Source: Chitinophagaceae bacterium (GTDB taxonomy: Bacteria; Bacteroidota; Bacteroidia; Chitinophagales; Chitinophagaceae). Taken from it: a DNA stretch of 64,000 bases. Where the stretch lies: the NCBI GenBank assembly GCA_035760665.1, contig DASTSN010000040.1:82-64081 (forward strand), written 5' to 3'. Made by a program: the position numbers and the translations under genes. The number at the start of each line of letters is the position of its first letter. Position 1 is the stretch's first letter. The notes beneath the pieces were generated by a model that had not been told where the DNA came from, searched no databases, and was given only the letters and a program-made list of their open reading frames with translations. Positions 8,993 through 18,553 of the stretch are shown one piece after another.

Positions 8993-10300
8993 ATGAAAGC
9001 GACAATTGTACCGTCATTTTTAAAAGGAAATATTCTTGCCCCGGCTTCGAAGAGTTCCATGCAGCGGGCCTGTGCTGCAGCGCTGCTGGCAAAAGGAAAA
9101 AGCATTATCCGTAACCCGGGGCACAGCAACGATGACAAAGCAGCTATCGGGATTATAGAAAATCTTGGTGCTGTGGTAACCCAGGGTCATGAACAACTGA
9201 TGATTGAAAGCAACGGGGCACCTTTTGCTGCAGCGCCTTCGTCACTGCGAATTAATTGCGGGGAGAGTGGTTTAGGCATTCGTATGTTTACCCCCATTGT
9301 TACGCTCAGTAACAGGGATATCATCATTGACGGAGAAGGAAGCCTGCGTAACCGGCCGATGGATTTTTTTGATGAAATCCTTCCGCAGTTGGGATTGACT
9401 GTTGTTTCTAATAATGGCAAACTGCCACTACGCATTAAAGGAACACTGCAACCTCAGAATATAACGATTGACGGATCACTGAGCTCCCAGTTCCTTACGG
9501 GTCTGCTGCTGGCCTTTGCCGCTGCTGATGCCTGTGATATTTCGGTAAAAGTGAAGAATCTGAAAAGCAAACCCTATATTGATCTGACGCTTGATGTGAT
9601 GAAACGTTTTGGTCTGAAAACGCCTGAAAATCAAAACTACGAAACGTTTTATTTTTCCGCAGTGTCTCATTCATTGACCGCAACAGAACATCACTATACA
9701 GTGGAAGGTGACTGGAGCGGCGGTGCTTTTTTACTAGTTGCCGGAGCCATAGCTGGCGACATCATGGTGCGGGGGTTAGATATGTATTCCACCCAGGCTG
9801 ATAAAGCGGTTGTGGAGGCTTTGATTGCGGCCAATGCCGGTATCGCGGTTGAAGCCAAAGGAATCAAACTCCTGCATAAAGACATGCAGGCATTCTCTTT
9901 CGACGCCACTGATTGTCCTGATCTTTTTCCGCCACTCGTAGCACTGGCTGCGTATTGCACCGGTGCAACGACTATAAAAGGCGTACAACGGCTGACGCAT
10001 AAAGAGAGTAACCGGGCTATTACCTTGCAGGAAGAGTTTGGAAAAATGGGAGTACAGATAGAACTGGCAGATGATATAATGACAATCCATGGTGGTAAGC
10101 GACCTAACGGTACTGTTGTTCACTCCCGGCATGATCACCGCATTGCTATGGCTTGTGCGGTTGCTGCATTACGGGCAAACGGGGAGACGGTGATTGAAGA
10201 TGCGGAAGCGATTAATAAATCCTATCCGGATTTTTACAGGGATTTGCAAGAACTTGGAGCTGCCATATCTTTACCAAATAAGTTTTTATTTCATGAATAG
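8993..10300 (+). CDS. aroA: 3-phosphoshikimate 1-carboxyvinyltransferase (EPSP synthase)
   Basis: 435 aa; PASKSSMQRA and LRNRPMDFFDE EPSPS signatures. Confidence 0.9.
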   Translation: MKATIVPSFLKGNILAPASKSSMQRACAAALLAKGKSIIRNPGHSNDDKAAIGIIENLGAVVTQGHEQLMIESNGAPFAAAPSSLRINCGESGLGIRMFTPIVTLSNRDIIIDGEGSLRNRPMDFFDEILPQLGLTVVSNNGKLPLRIKGTLQPQNITIDGSLSSQFLTGLLLAFAAADACDISVKVKNLKSKPYIDLTLDVMKRFGLKTPENQNYETFYFSAVSHSLTATEHHYTVEGDWSGGAFLLVAGAIAGDIMVRGLDMYSTQADKAVVEALIAANAGIAVEAKGIKLLHKDMQAFSFDATDCPDLFPPLVALAAYCTGATTIKGVQRLTHKESNRAITLQEEFGKMGVQIELADDIMTIHGGKRPNGTVVHSRHDHRIAMACAVAALRANGETVIEDAEAINKSYPDFYRDLQELGAAISLPNKFLFHE

Positions 10301-11285
10301 TTTTGGGCGCATATTTCGTGTAAGCATTTTTGGAGAATCGCACGGCGAGTCTGTTGGTATTGTCATTGATGGCTGCCCGGCGGGCTTGCCATTATCGGCA
10401 GAAGACTTGTTACCAGACCTGGAGCGGCGAAAAGGCGGTACCCAAAAAGGAACCACGCCGCGACAGGAAGACGACTTCCCGTTTTTTAAAAGCGGTATTT
10501 TCAACAATCAAACAACCGGCGCTCCCATCACTATTTTATTTGAAAATAAAAATACCCGTAGCGGTGATTATGAAAAACAGCGGGCGGTACCACGTCCCGG
10601 CCATGCTGATTTTGTAGCACAAAAAAAATTTGGTGGCTTCGAAGATTTTCGCGGCAGCGGTCATTTCAGCGGCCGCTTAACCGTTGCGCTGGTGGCAGCA
10701 GGGGTGATTGCCAAAAAACTGATCAGCCCGGCGATGGTCAATAGTGCTATTCTTGAAATTGGCGGTGAGAAAGATCTGGAAAAAGGATTGCAAAAAGCCA
10801 TTACAGCCAAAGACTCCGTTGGAGGCATCGTGGAATGCCGGGCGCAAGGTCTTCCCGTTGGTTTAGGAGAACCTTTTTTTGATTCTGCTGAATCGTTGCT
10901 GGCGCATGCGGTATTTGCAATTCCTGCTGTTCGTGCTGTGGAGTTTGGTACCGGATTTGCCGCTGCCCGCATGTTCGGCAGTCAGCACAATGACGCCATC
11001 ACCACGATGGACGGAAAGACCAGTACCAACCATGCAGGTGGCATCGTAGGTGGGATTACCAACGGAAATGAATTGGTTTTACGCATTGCAGTTAAACCCA
11101 CTTCTTCAACACCAAAGGAACAGCACACACTGAACTGGGAAACAGGCGACATGGAAACGGTATCGATCAAAGGCCGTCACGATCTCTGTATTGCCCTGCG
11201 GGTGCCGGTGGTGCTGGAGGCTGTTACAGCCATTGTGCTGGCTGACCTGCTCTTGCTGGAACAACGAATCAATAGAATCCTGTAA
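10293..11285 (+). CDS. aroC: Chorismate synthase
   Basis: Start reassigned to ATG 10293 (MNSFGRIFRVSIFGESHGESVG), overlapping aroA stop by 8 nt; track ORF 10194 is an in-frame N-terminal over-extension. Confidence 0.9.
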   Translation: MNSFGRIFRVSIFGESHGESVGIVIDGCPAGLPLSAEDLLPDLERRKGGTQKGTTPRQEDDFPFFKSGIFNNQTTGAPITILFENKNTRSGDYEKQRAVPRPGHADFVAQKKFGGFEDFRGSGHFSGRLTVALVAAGVIAKKLISPAMVNSAILEIGGEKDLEKGLQKAITAKDSVGGIVECRAQGLPVGLGEPFFDSAESLLAHAVFAIPAVRAVEFGTGFAAARMFGSQHNDAITTMDGKTSTNHAGGIVGGITNGNELVLRIAVKPTSSTPKEQHTLNWETGDMETVSIKGRHDLCIALRVPVVLEAVTAIVLADLLLLEQRINRIL

Positions 11286-11287
11286 GT

Positions 11288-11590
11288 ATGCCGCATATTT
11301 ATCACATTACCACGCTGCAAAACTGGCAGCAGGCCCAGGGGGCGGGCTATTATGAAGCTCCCTCGCTGAAAGAAGAGGGATTTATACACTGTTCGCAGGA
11401 AGCACAGGTTACTGCTGTGCTGGAGCGATACTATGCCGGTAAAACGGGACTTATAAAACTGGTTATTGATCCGGACCGTTTAACCAGTAAACTGGTATAT
11501 GAATGGTCCCCTTCGGTGCAGGATACTTTTCCGCACATTTATGGATCGATTAACCTGGATGCAGTTGTGGAGGTCGTTCCATTGCGCTAA
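11288..11590 (+). CDS. DUF952 family protein
   Basis: 100 aa; HITTLQNWQ...EGFIHCS...FPHIYGSINLDAV matches DUF952 pattern; starts 2 nt after aroC stop. Confidence 0.6.
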   Translation: MPHIYHITTLQNWQQAQGAGYYEAPSLKEEGFIHCSQEAQVTAVLERYYAGKTGLIKLVIDPDRLTSKLVYEWSPSVQDTFPHIYGSINLDAVVEVVPLR

Positions 11591-12303
11591 TGCTGCCTGA
11601 ATTTTTTAAAATCAATATCCAGAACGTCAAAATTTCGTTGACTGGTATAATAGTAATGCCACCACTCTGTTTCCAGGGCTTTAAAACCATGCTTTTCCAT
11701 AACGCTTTTTAAGAGTAAGCGATTTTGTAAAATCTCTGCGGGTAAGCTTGTAAAATTCTGGTGTGCCGTGTCGGAAAAATTATCAAAGCCCGTTCCCATG
11801 GGCAGTTCTTCTCCGGATGTTCTGTTTATGATAGTGAGGTCAACAGCTATGCCACGATTATGACCGCTTCCTTTAGATGGGTCGGCTACATATCGCTCAT
11901 CTTTAATAAGATGCCACATTTTTACAGTTACACTGTAGGGCCGGTACGCATCAAAAATTTTTAAACCAAATCCTTTTGCGGCAAGTTCCCGGTCCACCTG
12001 GGCAAGGGCTTTAGCAGCTTCTGCACGCATGAAAGTTTTTGTACCCTGCGAATACAAACGAACACCAGTGAAATTATTTTTAGTAGCATACCGTAAATCA
12101 TATACGAGCTCGGGAATCAGTGATTTCAATTCAACCATTTCCTTATTCCTGTCGTCTTTCACTGAAAAATTATATTGTTGAATGGTGTGAATGACCTGTA
12201 ATGAATTGGTTTGCTGTGAGTAGGCAGCTTCAACGATAAATGTTGAAAAAATGCAGAACAGACAGGCCCTGAAATGAAAACCTTTTGTTATTTTGTTAAT
12301 CAT
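11587..12303 (-). CDS. M15 family zinc D-Ala-D-Ala dipeptidase (VanX/DdpX-like), secreted
   Basis: SGHNRGIAVDLT and WWHY motifs; signal peptide if started at internal Met (MINKITKGFHFRACLFCIFSTFIVEAAYS); longer track ORF to 12342 probably over-extended. Confidence 0.7.
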   Translation of the reverse strand: MINKITKGFHFRACLFCIFSTFIVEAAYSQQTNSLQVIHTIQQYNFSVKDDRNKEMVELKSLIPELVYDLRYATKNNFTGVRLYSQGTKTFMRAEAAKALAQVDRELAAKGFGLKIFDAYRPYSVTVKMWHLIKDERYVADPSKGSGHNRGIAVDLTIINRTSGEELPMGTGFDNFSDTAHQNFTSLPAEILQNRLLLKSVMEKHGFKALETEWWHYYYTSQRNFDVLDIDFKKFRQH

Positions 12304-12343
12304 ACTGTCGCTAATCAGACAGAAAATTAGTGTAAATATCAAT

Positions 12344-14071
12344 ATGCACCATACACACGGTAAGTTCGCTGGTCACGTACATATAGCCCTGCTTTTTTTT
12401 ATTTCGGTTGCGAATGTTTTCCTTTTGCCGTCCTGCAAAAGTCATTCCCGTCCCAGGGCGAAGGAGATAGTTGCTAAGCCGGAGGATATTGATGCAAAAG
12501 CGTCGGATATTATAGCGCAAACAGTAGAAGATGCAGCGAATAATTTTGGTAAGGTTGATGATTCCATCACGCTCAGCCAGCCACAGGTGACCCGTCATAT
12601 ATACCAGCAGTTTCAAAATGAGGTTCGCTGGTCGCAAAAAGAAAATTGGTTGCCGCTTGCCGATTCGTTGTACACCTTTATCAATCAATCCCGCCTGTAT
12701 GGATTGCTGCCGATGAACTATCATATTAACCAGTTGTCTTCCATACGGGCAAGAATCGCAGCCGATACGGCTGGCAAAGAAGACCGGAAAGATGCAGTTT
12801 TATGGGCGAAGGCTGATTTGATGTTCACAGATGCATTCGTGCAAATACTGCATGATATAAAACTCGGCAGGTTGCCAAACGACAGCATAACAATGCGGCA
12901 GGATTCTGTTTTGACCAATGATTTTTATGTAAAAAAACTGCAGGCATTTTTCCAGCCTGTTTCACTGACTCAAATAGTGGATTCGTTAGAGCCAGATAAC
13001 AAAGATTACCGCGACCTCAAGGCCGGTATCCCGCAGTTTCTGGATAGCGCGCATTTCAAACAATACACATTTATTGCTTATCCCTACAGCGACTCCCTGC
13101 AATTTGTCAAAGATCTTTTGAAGCGGCTGAACGAAGAGGATAGCCTTGTGAAGGATCCTGCTGCTGCCTATGATTCCCTGCAGATGGCGAAATTCCTCTT
13201 GCAATATCAAAAGAAAAAAGGGCTGGCGGCCGATGGTAAATTTGGTCCCCAGGTGTTAAACGCACTGAATAATACCGACAACGAAAAATTTATAAGAATT
13301 GCCATTTCAATGGACCGCTGCAAACTGCTACCGCCCAAAATGCCTGAAAAATACGTGTGGGTAAACCTGCCGGGCTTTTATTTACAATTGCGGGAAAATG
13401 ATACTGTCAAAATTCAATCCCGCATTGTTTGTGGCAAACCTGCAACACGTACGCCGGTATTGAACAGCAGCATTTATAACATGATCACCTACCCGCAGTG
13501 GACAATCCCCACCAGTATCATTGTAAAGGAAATATTACCCGGGCTAAAAAAAGACCCGGGTTACCTGGCAAAAAAAGGGTATTCACTGTTAGATAAAGAT
13601 GGTAACGAAGTGGACCCCTATTATGTGGACTGGTCTAAATATCACAAAGGCATACCTTATAAAGTTATCCAGGGAAGCGGTGATGACAATGCGCTGGGGG
13701 TGCTGAAATTCAATTTTGGCAATAAATATGCTGTATACCTGCATGATACCAACCAGCGTTACCTGTTCAGCAGAGCAGTAAGGGCATTGAGTCATGGTTG
13801 TGTACGGGTACAAAATTGGGATAAGATGGCATATTATATCCTTAGCAATGATAGCGCCTCGGTATTTGGTGCCCGTGGGAAGTACCTGCCTGCCGATTCG
13901 TTAAAGCATTGGTTGAAAAACAAGGAAAAGCACAGCATTGCTGTCAAAAACAAAATCCCGCTCTTTATCCGGTACATGACCTGCGTGGGAAACGATGGCA
14001 AGATCATGTTCTACGATGATATTTACGGTGAGGACAGGCAGTTGCGGGAGCGTTATTACCACGTTCAGTAA
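12344..14071 (+). CDS. L,D-transpeptidase (YkuD/ErfK/YcbB-like) with peptidoglycan-binding domain
   Basis: Catalytic region VYLHDTNQRYLFSRAVRALSHGCVRV (His...SHGC); PG_binding_1-like KKKGLAADGKFGPQVLNALN; start placed at Met of MHHTHGKFAG... followed by hydrophobic signal-like segment. Confidence 0.8.
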   Translation: MHHTHGKFAGHVHIALLFFISVANVFLLPSCKSHSRPRAKEIVAKPEDIDAKASDIIAQTVEDAANNFGKVDDSITLSQPQVTRHIYQQFQNEVRWSQKENWLPLADSLYTFINQSRLYGLLPMNYHINQLSSIRARIAADTAGKEDRKDAVLWAKADLMFTDAFVQILHDIKLGRLPNDSITMRQDSVLTNDFYVKKLQAFFQPVSLTQIVDSLEPDNKDYRDLKAGIPQFLDSAHFKQYTFIAYPYSDSLQFVKDLLKRLNEEDSLVKDPAAAYDSLQMAKFLLQYQKKKGLAADGKFGPQVLNALNNTDNEKFIRIAISMDRCKLLPPKMPEKYVWVNLPGFYLQLRENDTVKIQSRIVCGKPATRTPVLNSSIYNMITYPQWTIPTSIIVKEILPGLKKDPGYLAKKGYSLLDKDGNEVDPYYVDWSKYHKGIPYKVIQGSGDDNALGVLKFNFGNKYAVYLHDTNQRYLFSRAVRALSHGCVRVQNWDKMAYYILSNDSASVFGARGKYLPADSLKHWLKNKEKHSIAVKNKIPLFIRYMTCVGNDGKIMFYDDIYGEDRQLRERYYHVQ

Positions 14072-14080
14072 ACATTTTTT

Positions 14081-14512
14081 ATGCGACCTTATTCTATACT
14101 TTTTTTTATTCTCATCATTTCATCCCTGGGCAGGGCCGAAGGTCAGCAGGGCACTGTGGCAAAAAAGAAAAAAGCCACTCCTAAAATTCTTTACGGAACA
14201 GCCAGTTATTATGCAGATAAATTTAATGGTCGCAGAACAGCCAATGGTGAGATTTTCAGTCAAAAGAAAATGACGGCTGCCTGTAATGTGCTGCCGCTGG
14301 GCACCTGGATAAAAGTTACAAACCTTCGCAATGGTAAATGGGTGATCGTTAAAACAAACGACCGTCTTCATTCCAGGATGAAGAGAGTAGTGGACCTAAG
14401 CACTACTGCTGCCCGGCAATTAGGCTATTATAAAGCCGGGCTTGCCAAGGTGAAAGTGGAGGTTCTGGGCAAAAAAAAGCCGGTTCTTAAGAGCTCCGGG
14501 GGTAAACAATAA
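14081..14512 (+). CDS. RlpA-like (septal ring lytic transglycosylase / DPBB domain) protein
   Basis: 143 aa; signal peptide; YGTASYYADKFNGRRTANGE ... LPLGTWIKVTNLRNGKWVIVKTNDR double-psi beta-barrel signature. Confidence 0.75.
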   Translation: MRPYSILFFILIISSLGRAEGQQGTVAKKKKATPKILYGTASYYADKFNGRRTANGEIFSQKKMTAACNVLPLGTWIKVTNLRNGKWVIVKTNDRLHSRMKRVVDLSTTAARQLGYYKAGLAKVKVEVLGKKKPVLKSSGGKQ

Positions 14513-14575
14513 ATTATTTCTGGATATAGGACAGACCTTTTATTTTTGTTTTGACTTAAACCAAACTACCACACT

Positions 14576-15901
14576 ATGAAGAAGATTTTGATCGTCTGTT
14601 TGTGCGTTTATTTTGCTCTTTCCTCTGCAACCGCACAAAAAGGAGCCTACATAAGACCTTCGGGCTTTGGATTTAGCTTTGTTTTGAACGATTACGCCAC
14701 GCCCCAGCGTATACGCAATGGTTCCATTACGCAGGTATTCAGGGATAAAAAATGGGCAAAACTCAAGGAAATGGGTCCAGGTATCGCTGTAAATTATTAC
14801 CGCGGTATCACTAATCACCTGGATATTGCTGCTACCCTGGCTGCTTCTTCGGCAGATGTGCCTGATGTACCGGCGCATGATGATCTGCTGCTGGAAGGTG
14901 ATGTATCTGCCCAGCTTAAAATGATGACGGACAATTATTACGTGCAGCCCTATCTTTCCGCTGGTATAGGCGGCAGCAAGTACGGGGGATATTATGGCGC
15001 CTTTATTCCGCTGGGCATGGGGTTAAAAATAAATGTATCCAGCGAAACATCCGTTATTATTAATACGCAGTACCGTATTCCGGTAACTACAGAAACCAAC
15101 GGGTATCACTTTTTCCATAGCATCGGCATAGCCGCTAATATTGGTAAGAAGAAAGCAGCTCCAGTGAAAGAGGTCATCATACCCGAGGTGAAAGATACCG
15201 ATGGTGATGGTATTGCAGACGATAAAGATAAATGCCCAACGCAGGCCGGAGTAGCCAAATACGACGGGTGTCCTATTCCGGATACGGATAAAGATGGTAT
15301 TAATGACGAAGAAGATAAATGCCCCCAGGTTGCAGGCCTTTCCCGCTACCAGGGTTGCCCAATTCCCGATAGCGATAACGATGGTATCAACGACGAAGAA
15401 GATAAGTGCCCGTCTGTACCGGGTGTGGCCCGCTACGAAGGATGTCCCGTTCCTGATACCGATAAAGACGGCGTAAATGATGAGGAAGACAAATGCCCGT
15501 CCGTACCGGGAGTGAAGGAAAATAAAGGTTGCCCGGTTATCGCAGAAGAGGTAAAGAAAAAGATCGACTATGCTGCTCAAAATATTTATTTCTCCATCGG
15601 TAGTTATAAACTGTTGAGTAAATCTTACAAAGGACTGAATGAAGTGGTGCAAATCATGAATGAGAATCCTGATACGAAACTGATGATTGATGGTCACACC
15701 GATAATACTGGTAAGGCTGATTTAAACATGATCCTTAGTCAAAACAGGGCTAATGCTGTAAAGCAATACCTCATCAGCAAGGGAATTGATGAAAGCAGGC
15801 TCGTTGCCACTGGCCACGGGCAGGACGAACCAATTGCCGATAACAAAACGGCTGCCGGACGTGCGAAAAATCGCCGCGTGGAAATGAAACTCGGTTATTG
15901 A
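14576..15901 (+). CDS. OmpA-family outer membrane protein with thrombospondin type-3 (calcium-binding) repeats
   Basis: Signal peptide; four DxDxDGxxDxxDKCP TSP3 repeats; C-terminal OmpA/MotB domain (TDNTGKADLNMILSQNRANAV...GRAKNRRVE). Confidence 0.85.
   Translation: MKKILIVCLCVYFALSSATAQKGAYIRPSGFGFSFVLNDYATPQRIRNGSITQVFRDKKWAKLKEMGPGIAVNYYRGITNHLDIAATLAASSADVPDVPAHDDLLLEGDVSAQLKMMTDNYYVQPYLSAGIGGSKYGGYYGAFIPLGMGLKINVSSETSVIINTQYRIPVTTETNGYHFFHSIGIAANIGKKKAAPVKEVIIPEVKDTDGDGIADDKDKCPTQAGVAKYDGCPIPDTDKDGINDEEDKCPQVAGLSRYQGCPIPDSDNDGINDEEDKCPSVPGVARYEGCPVPDTDKDGVNDEEDKCPSVPGVKENKGCPVIAEEVKKKIDYAAQNIYFSIGSYKLLSKSYKGLNEVVQIMNENPDTKLMIDGHTDNTGKADLNMILSQNRANAVKQYLISKGIDESRLVATGHGQDEPIADNKTAAGRAKNRRVEMKLGY
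15195..15535 (+). repeat. About four tandem 90-bp TSP3-repeat coding units inside the OmpA gene
   Basis: Repeated gataaagatggt(a/g)ttaatgacgaagaagataaatgccc... units. Confidence 0.8.
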
Positions 15902-15920
15902 TCCGAAAATAAAAGTTAGG

Positions 15921-15956
15921 AAAAAGGCTGTTTCGAATCACGAAACAGCCTTTTTC
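15921..15956. terminator. Bidirectional intrinsic terminator between convergent OmpA and PBP1A genes
   Basis: aaaaa-ggctgtttcg-aatca-cgaaacagcc-ttttt perfect 10-bp stem flanked by A-run and T-run. Confidence 0.85.
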
Positions 15957-16062
15957 TATATATAAAAAAGCGATGATGGTTGAATAACCGGCAGTAATAT
16001 CAGTATTCAATGAAGCGGTATTTAGTTGACCAGCTCATTACTGCAAGCCCTGATAAACTTTA

Positions 16063-18459
16063 CTAGTTATTCTTTTTACCGCCAAATATGCGCTTAAAAA
16101 ATCCTTTCTTTTTAGGTTTATCTGCATCTGAAGGATCACCGATTTTAGGATCTTTTGGTTTTACTACCATTGTATCTTTCTGGTCGTCTTTAACCGGCTG
16201 GGATTCGGGCCCTATATACTGGTTATTTTGTATTTCAAAGTCTTTTTCGCTGCCAGCGCCCTGGTCTTCACCTTCAGCACCCGGGTTGGCATTTTCAATC
16301 AGTTGCATCAGGTCATTGGTATTAATTTCGTTTTCATAATCTGCAGGCCGTGAGAATTTGGCATCTCTTTCTATCCCCAGGGTCTTGTCGGCATACACTT
16401 TTTTGAAAAATTCTCTCCAGATGGGCATAGCAGCTTTACCTCCGTAACCCAGGTTATTTTTTAATTGGATAAAACGGTCATCGCAGCCAATCCATACGCC
16501 TGCCAGCAGCTGGGGTGTATACCCCATAAACCAGGCATCACTGTTATCATTAGTGGTTCCTGTTTTACCACCCATTTCCGCCGCACCTAAGCTGTTACGC
16601 AGGCCTGCGGCAGTTCCTATATCCACCGTTCCCTGCATCATCTGGCACATTTTGTAGGCCGTTCCTTCGCTGATGGCTTCTTTCCTGTTGACACTATAAT
16701 CAAAACGCTTAAGCACATTCCCGTTGCGGTCTTCTATACGGTTAATAAAATAAGGCTTTGTTGAAAATCCCATGCCGGCGAAAATGCTGTAACCCCAAAG
16801 CATTTCGAAAAGTGACAGATCGCAGGAGCCAAGAGCTATGGAGGGGTAGGGATCTACTTTTGTGGGAATATTTAACCTTGAAAGAAAATCGGCAAATTGC
16901 TGCGGGCCCACCTGCTTCATAATGTAGGCGCTGGCACAGTTAAGTGAGTGTGCCAGTGCACCGGCCATGGTTACCTGGGGAGGACCTTCGCATTTTTTGC
17001 CGGCGGGTACCCAGCCATTACCCTGGAAAAATTGTGGTTCATTATCACATACTGTTTCCGGCGTGAACCCTCTTTCTTCGATTGCTTGCGTGTACAAAAG
17101 AGGCTTTATGGTAGAACCTACCTGCCTTTTGGTTTTTAGATTTGCATGATCGTACTTGTAAGTTTTAAAGCTGATACCACCTACCCAGGCTTTCACTTCG
17201 CCGGTTACGGGATCCATAACCATAAAAGCTGTTTGCATCATCTGGCGATGATATTTAATGGAATCATACGGGGTCATGACAGTGTCTTTCTCCCGTTTGG
17301 GATTCCAGGCAAAAACCTTCATCGGCACCTTTTTAAAAAAGCTTGCCCGTATTTCTTTATCGCTCAAACCATCCTCTTTCAAATTATCCCATCGGTCGCT
17401 TTGCTTCATGGCTGCTTCCAGCACATTTTCATGCCCTTTCCACACATTACCATTTTTAATATACGCCTGTGCATCCATTCTTTTTTGCACGGTCGGCATC
17501 CATTCTGCTGCAGACTCTTCTGCATATTCCTGCATTTTGGGATTGATGGTGGTAAATATTCTCAGCCCATCATCATATATATTATAATCGCTGCCATCCG
17601 GTTTTTTCACATCTTTCAAGGCTGTTCGTATTTCATCTTTTAATATCTCCCGGAAATAAGGTGCATAGCCGGTGTTTTCATCAAGTTTTCGGTAATGGCT
17701 CAGGTCAATGGGTGTTGCCTTGTATTTAGCTGCATCGCCAACAGTGATATACCCATTTTCCTGCATCCGGCTGATAACAAGGTTTCGGCGTTCCAGGGCT
17801 GCTTTGGGATTTGTGCGTGGGTTATAAAGGCCGGGGCCATTAACCATGCCCACCAGCATCGCGGCTTCCGGTACACTCAGGCGGTCGGGTTCTTTTTGAA
17901 AAAAAGTGCGGGCCGCATTGCGAATCCCATAGACATTGTCCGAATAAGAAACAGCATTGAGGTAGAGTGCTAATATTTCTTCTTTGGTAAAGTTTCGCTC
18001 CAGCTTGATGGCTGTGATATATTCTTTGATTTTTTCTATAACGCGCCAGGCTTTGTTTTTACTGCCCTGCTTCAGCAGCGCTTTTGCCAGCTGCTGTGTG
18101 ATGGTGCTACCACCCCCCTCGCGGCCCAGCAGCACTACGGCACGGATTGTCGATTTCATATCCACGCCGGAATGGTCATAAAAGCGGGCATCTTCGGTGG
18201 CTACCAGCGCATTGATCACATTTTTGGAAATATCGTTGTAGTCTACATTGCTGCGGTTACCATTCACCCTGTAATATTTCCCCATCAGTGTGCCATCATC
18301 TGCATATACTTCCGAAGATTGCAGCATGGAGGGATTTTCCAGTTCCTTTAAGGAAGGCATGGTGCCAAACACACCAAAGTTGGCCATCATAACAATAGCG
18401 ACAAAGATGCCGATACAAATAAATGCGAAGGACCAGAAAATACGAACGGATTTTCTCAT
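16063..18459 (-). CDS. mrcA: Class A penicillin-binding protein 1A (glycosyltransferase + transpeptidase)
   Basis: 798 aa; N-terminal TM; GT51 motifs (EDARFYDHSGVD); transpeptidase STIKP; C-terminal low-complexity tail. Confidence 0.9.
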   Translation of the reverse strand: MRKSVRIFWSFAFICIGIFVAIVMMANFGVFGTMPSLKELENPSMLQSSEVYADDGTLMGKYYRVNGNRSNVDYNDISKNVINALVATEDARFYDHSGVDMKSTIRAVVLLGREGGGSTITQQLAKALLKQGSKNKAWRVIEKIKEYITAIKLERNFTKEEILALYLNAVSYSDNVYGIRNAARTFFQKEPDRLSVPEAAMLVGMVNGPGLYNPRTNPKAALERRNLVISRMQENGYITVGDAAKYKATPIDLSHYRKLDENTGYAPYFREILKDEIRTALKDVKKPDGSDYNIYDDGLRIFTTINPKMQEYAEESAAEWMPTVQKRMDAQAYIKNGNVWKGHENVLEAAMKQSDRWDNLKEDGLSDKEIRASFFKKVPMKVFAWNPKREKDTVMTPYDSIKYHRQMMQTAFMVMDPVTGEVKAWVGGISFKTYKYDHANLKTKRQVGSTIKPLLYTQAIEERGFTPETVCDNEPQFFQGNGWVPAGKKCEGPPQVTMAGALAHSLNCASAYIMKQVGPQQFADFLSRLNIPTKVDPYPSIALGSCDLSLFEMLWGYSIFAGMGFSTKPYFINRIEDRNGNVLKRFDYSVNRKEAISEGTAYKMCQMMQGTVDIGTAAGLRNSLGAAEMGGKTGTTNDNSDAWFMGYTPQLLAGVWIGCDDRFIQLKNNLGYGGKAAMPIWREFFKKVYADKTLGIERDAKFSRPADYENEINTNDLMQLIENANPGAEGEDQGAGSEKDFEIQNNQYIGPESQPVKDDQKDTMVVKPKDPKIGDPSDADKPKKKGFFKRIFGGKKNN

Positions 18460-18553
18460 ACCGGTATTTTAGATTTTAAAAACAGGTGTACCAATGCGGA
18501 TGGCTAGTACTGATTTCACCGCCAAATCTATGAAATCGGGCGGAACGGATTGG

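Noticed and set aside
10194-10292. Upstream part of track ORF 10194-11285 (chorismate synthase)
   Set aside because: Would overlap aroA by 100 nt. The conserved N-terminus MNSFGRIFRVSIFGESHG begins at ATG 10293.
15023-15697. 224-aa minus-strand ORF inside the OmpA gene
   Set aside because: Antisense reading of the TSP3 DNA repeats, which produces a repetitive hydrophobic pseudo-protein. The OmpA frame has clear domain signatures.
17146-17643. 165-aa plus-strand ORF inside PBP1A (and several similar antisense ORFs throughout the track)
   Set aside because: Antisense to strongly supported genes. No motifs. Typical shadow ORFs.
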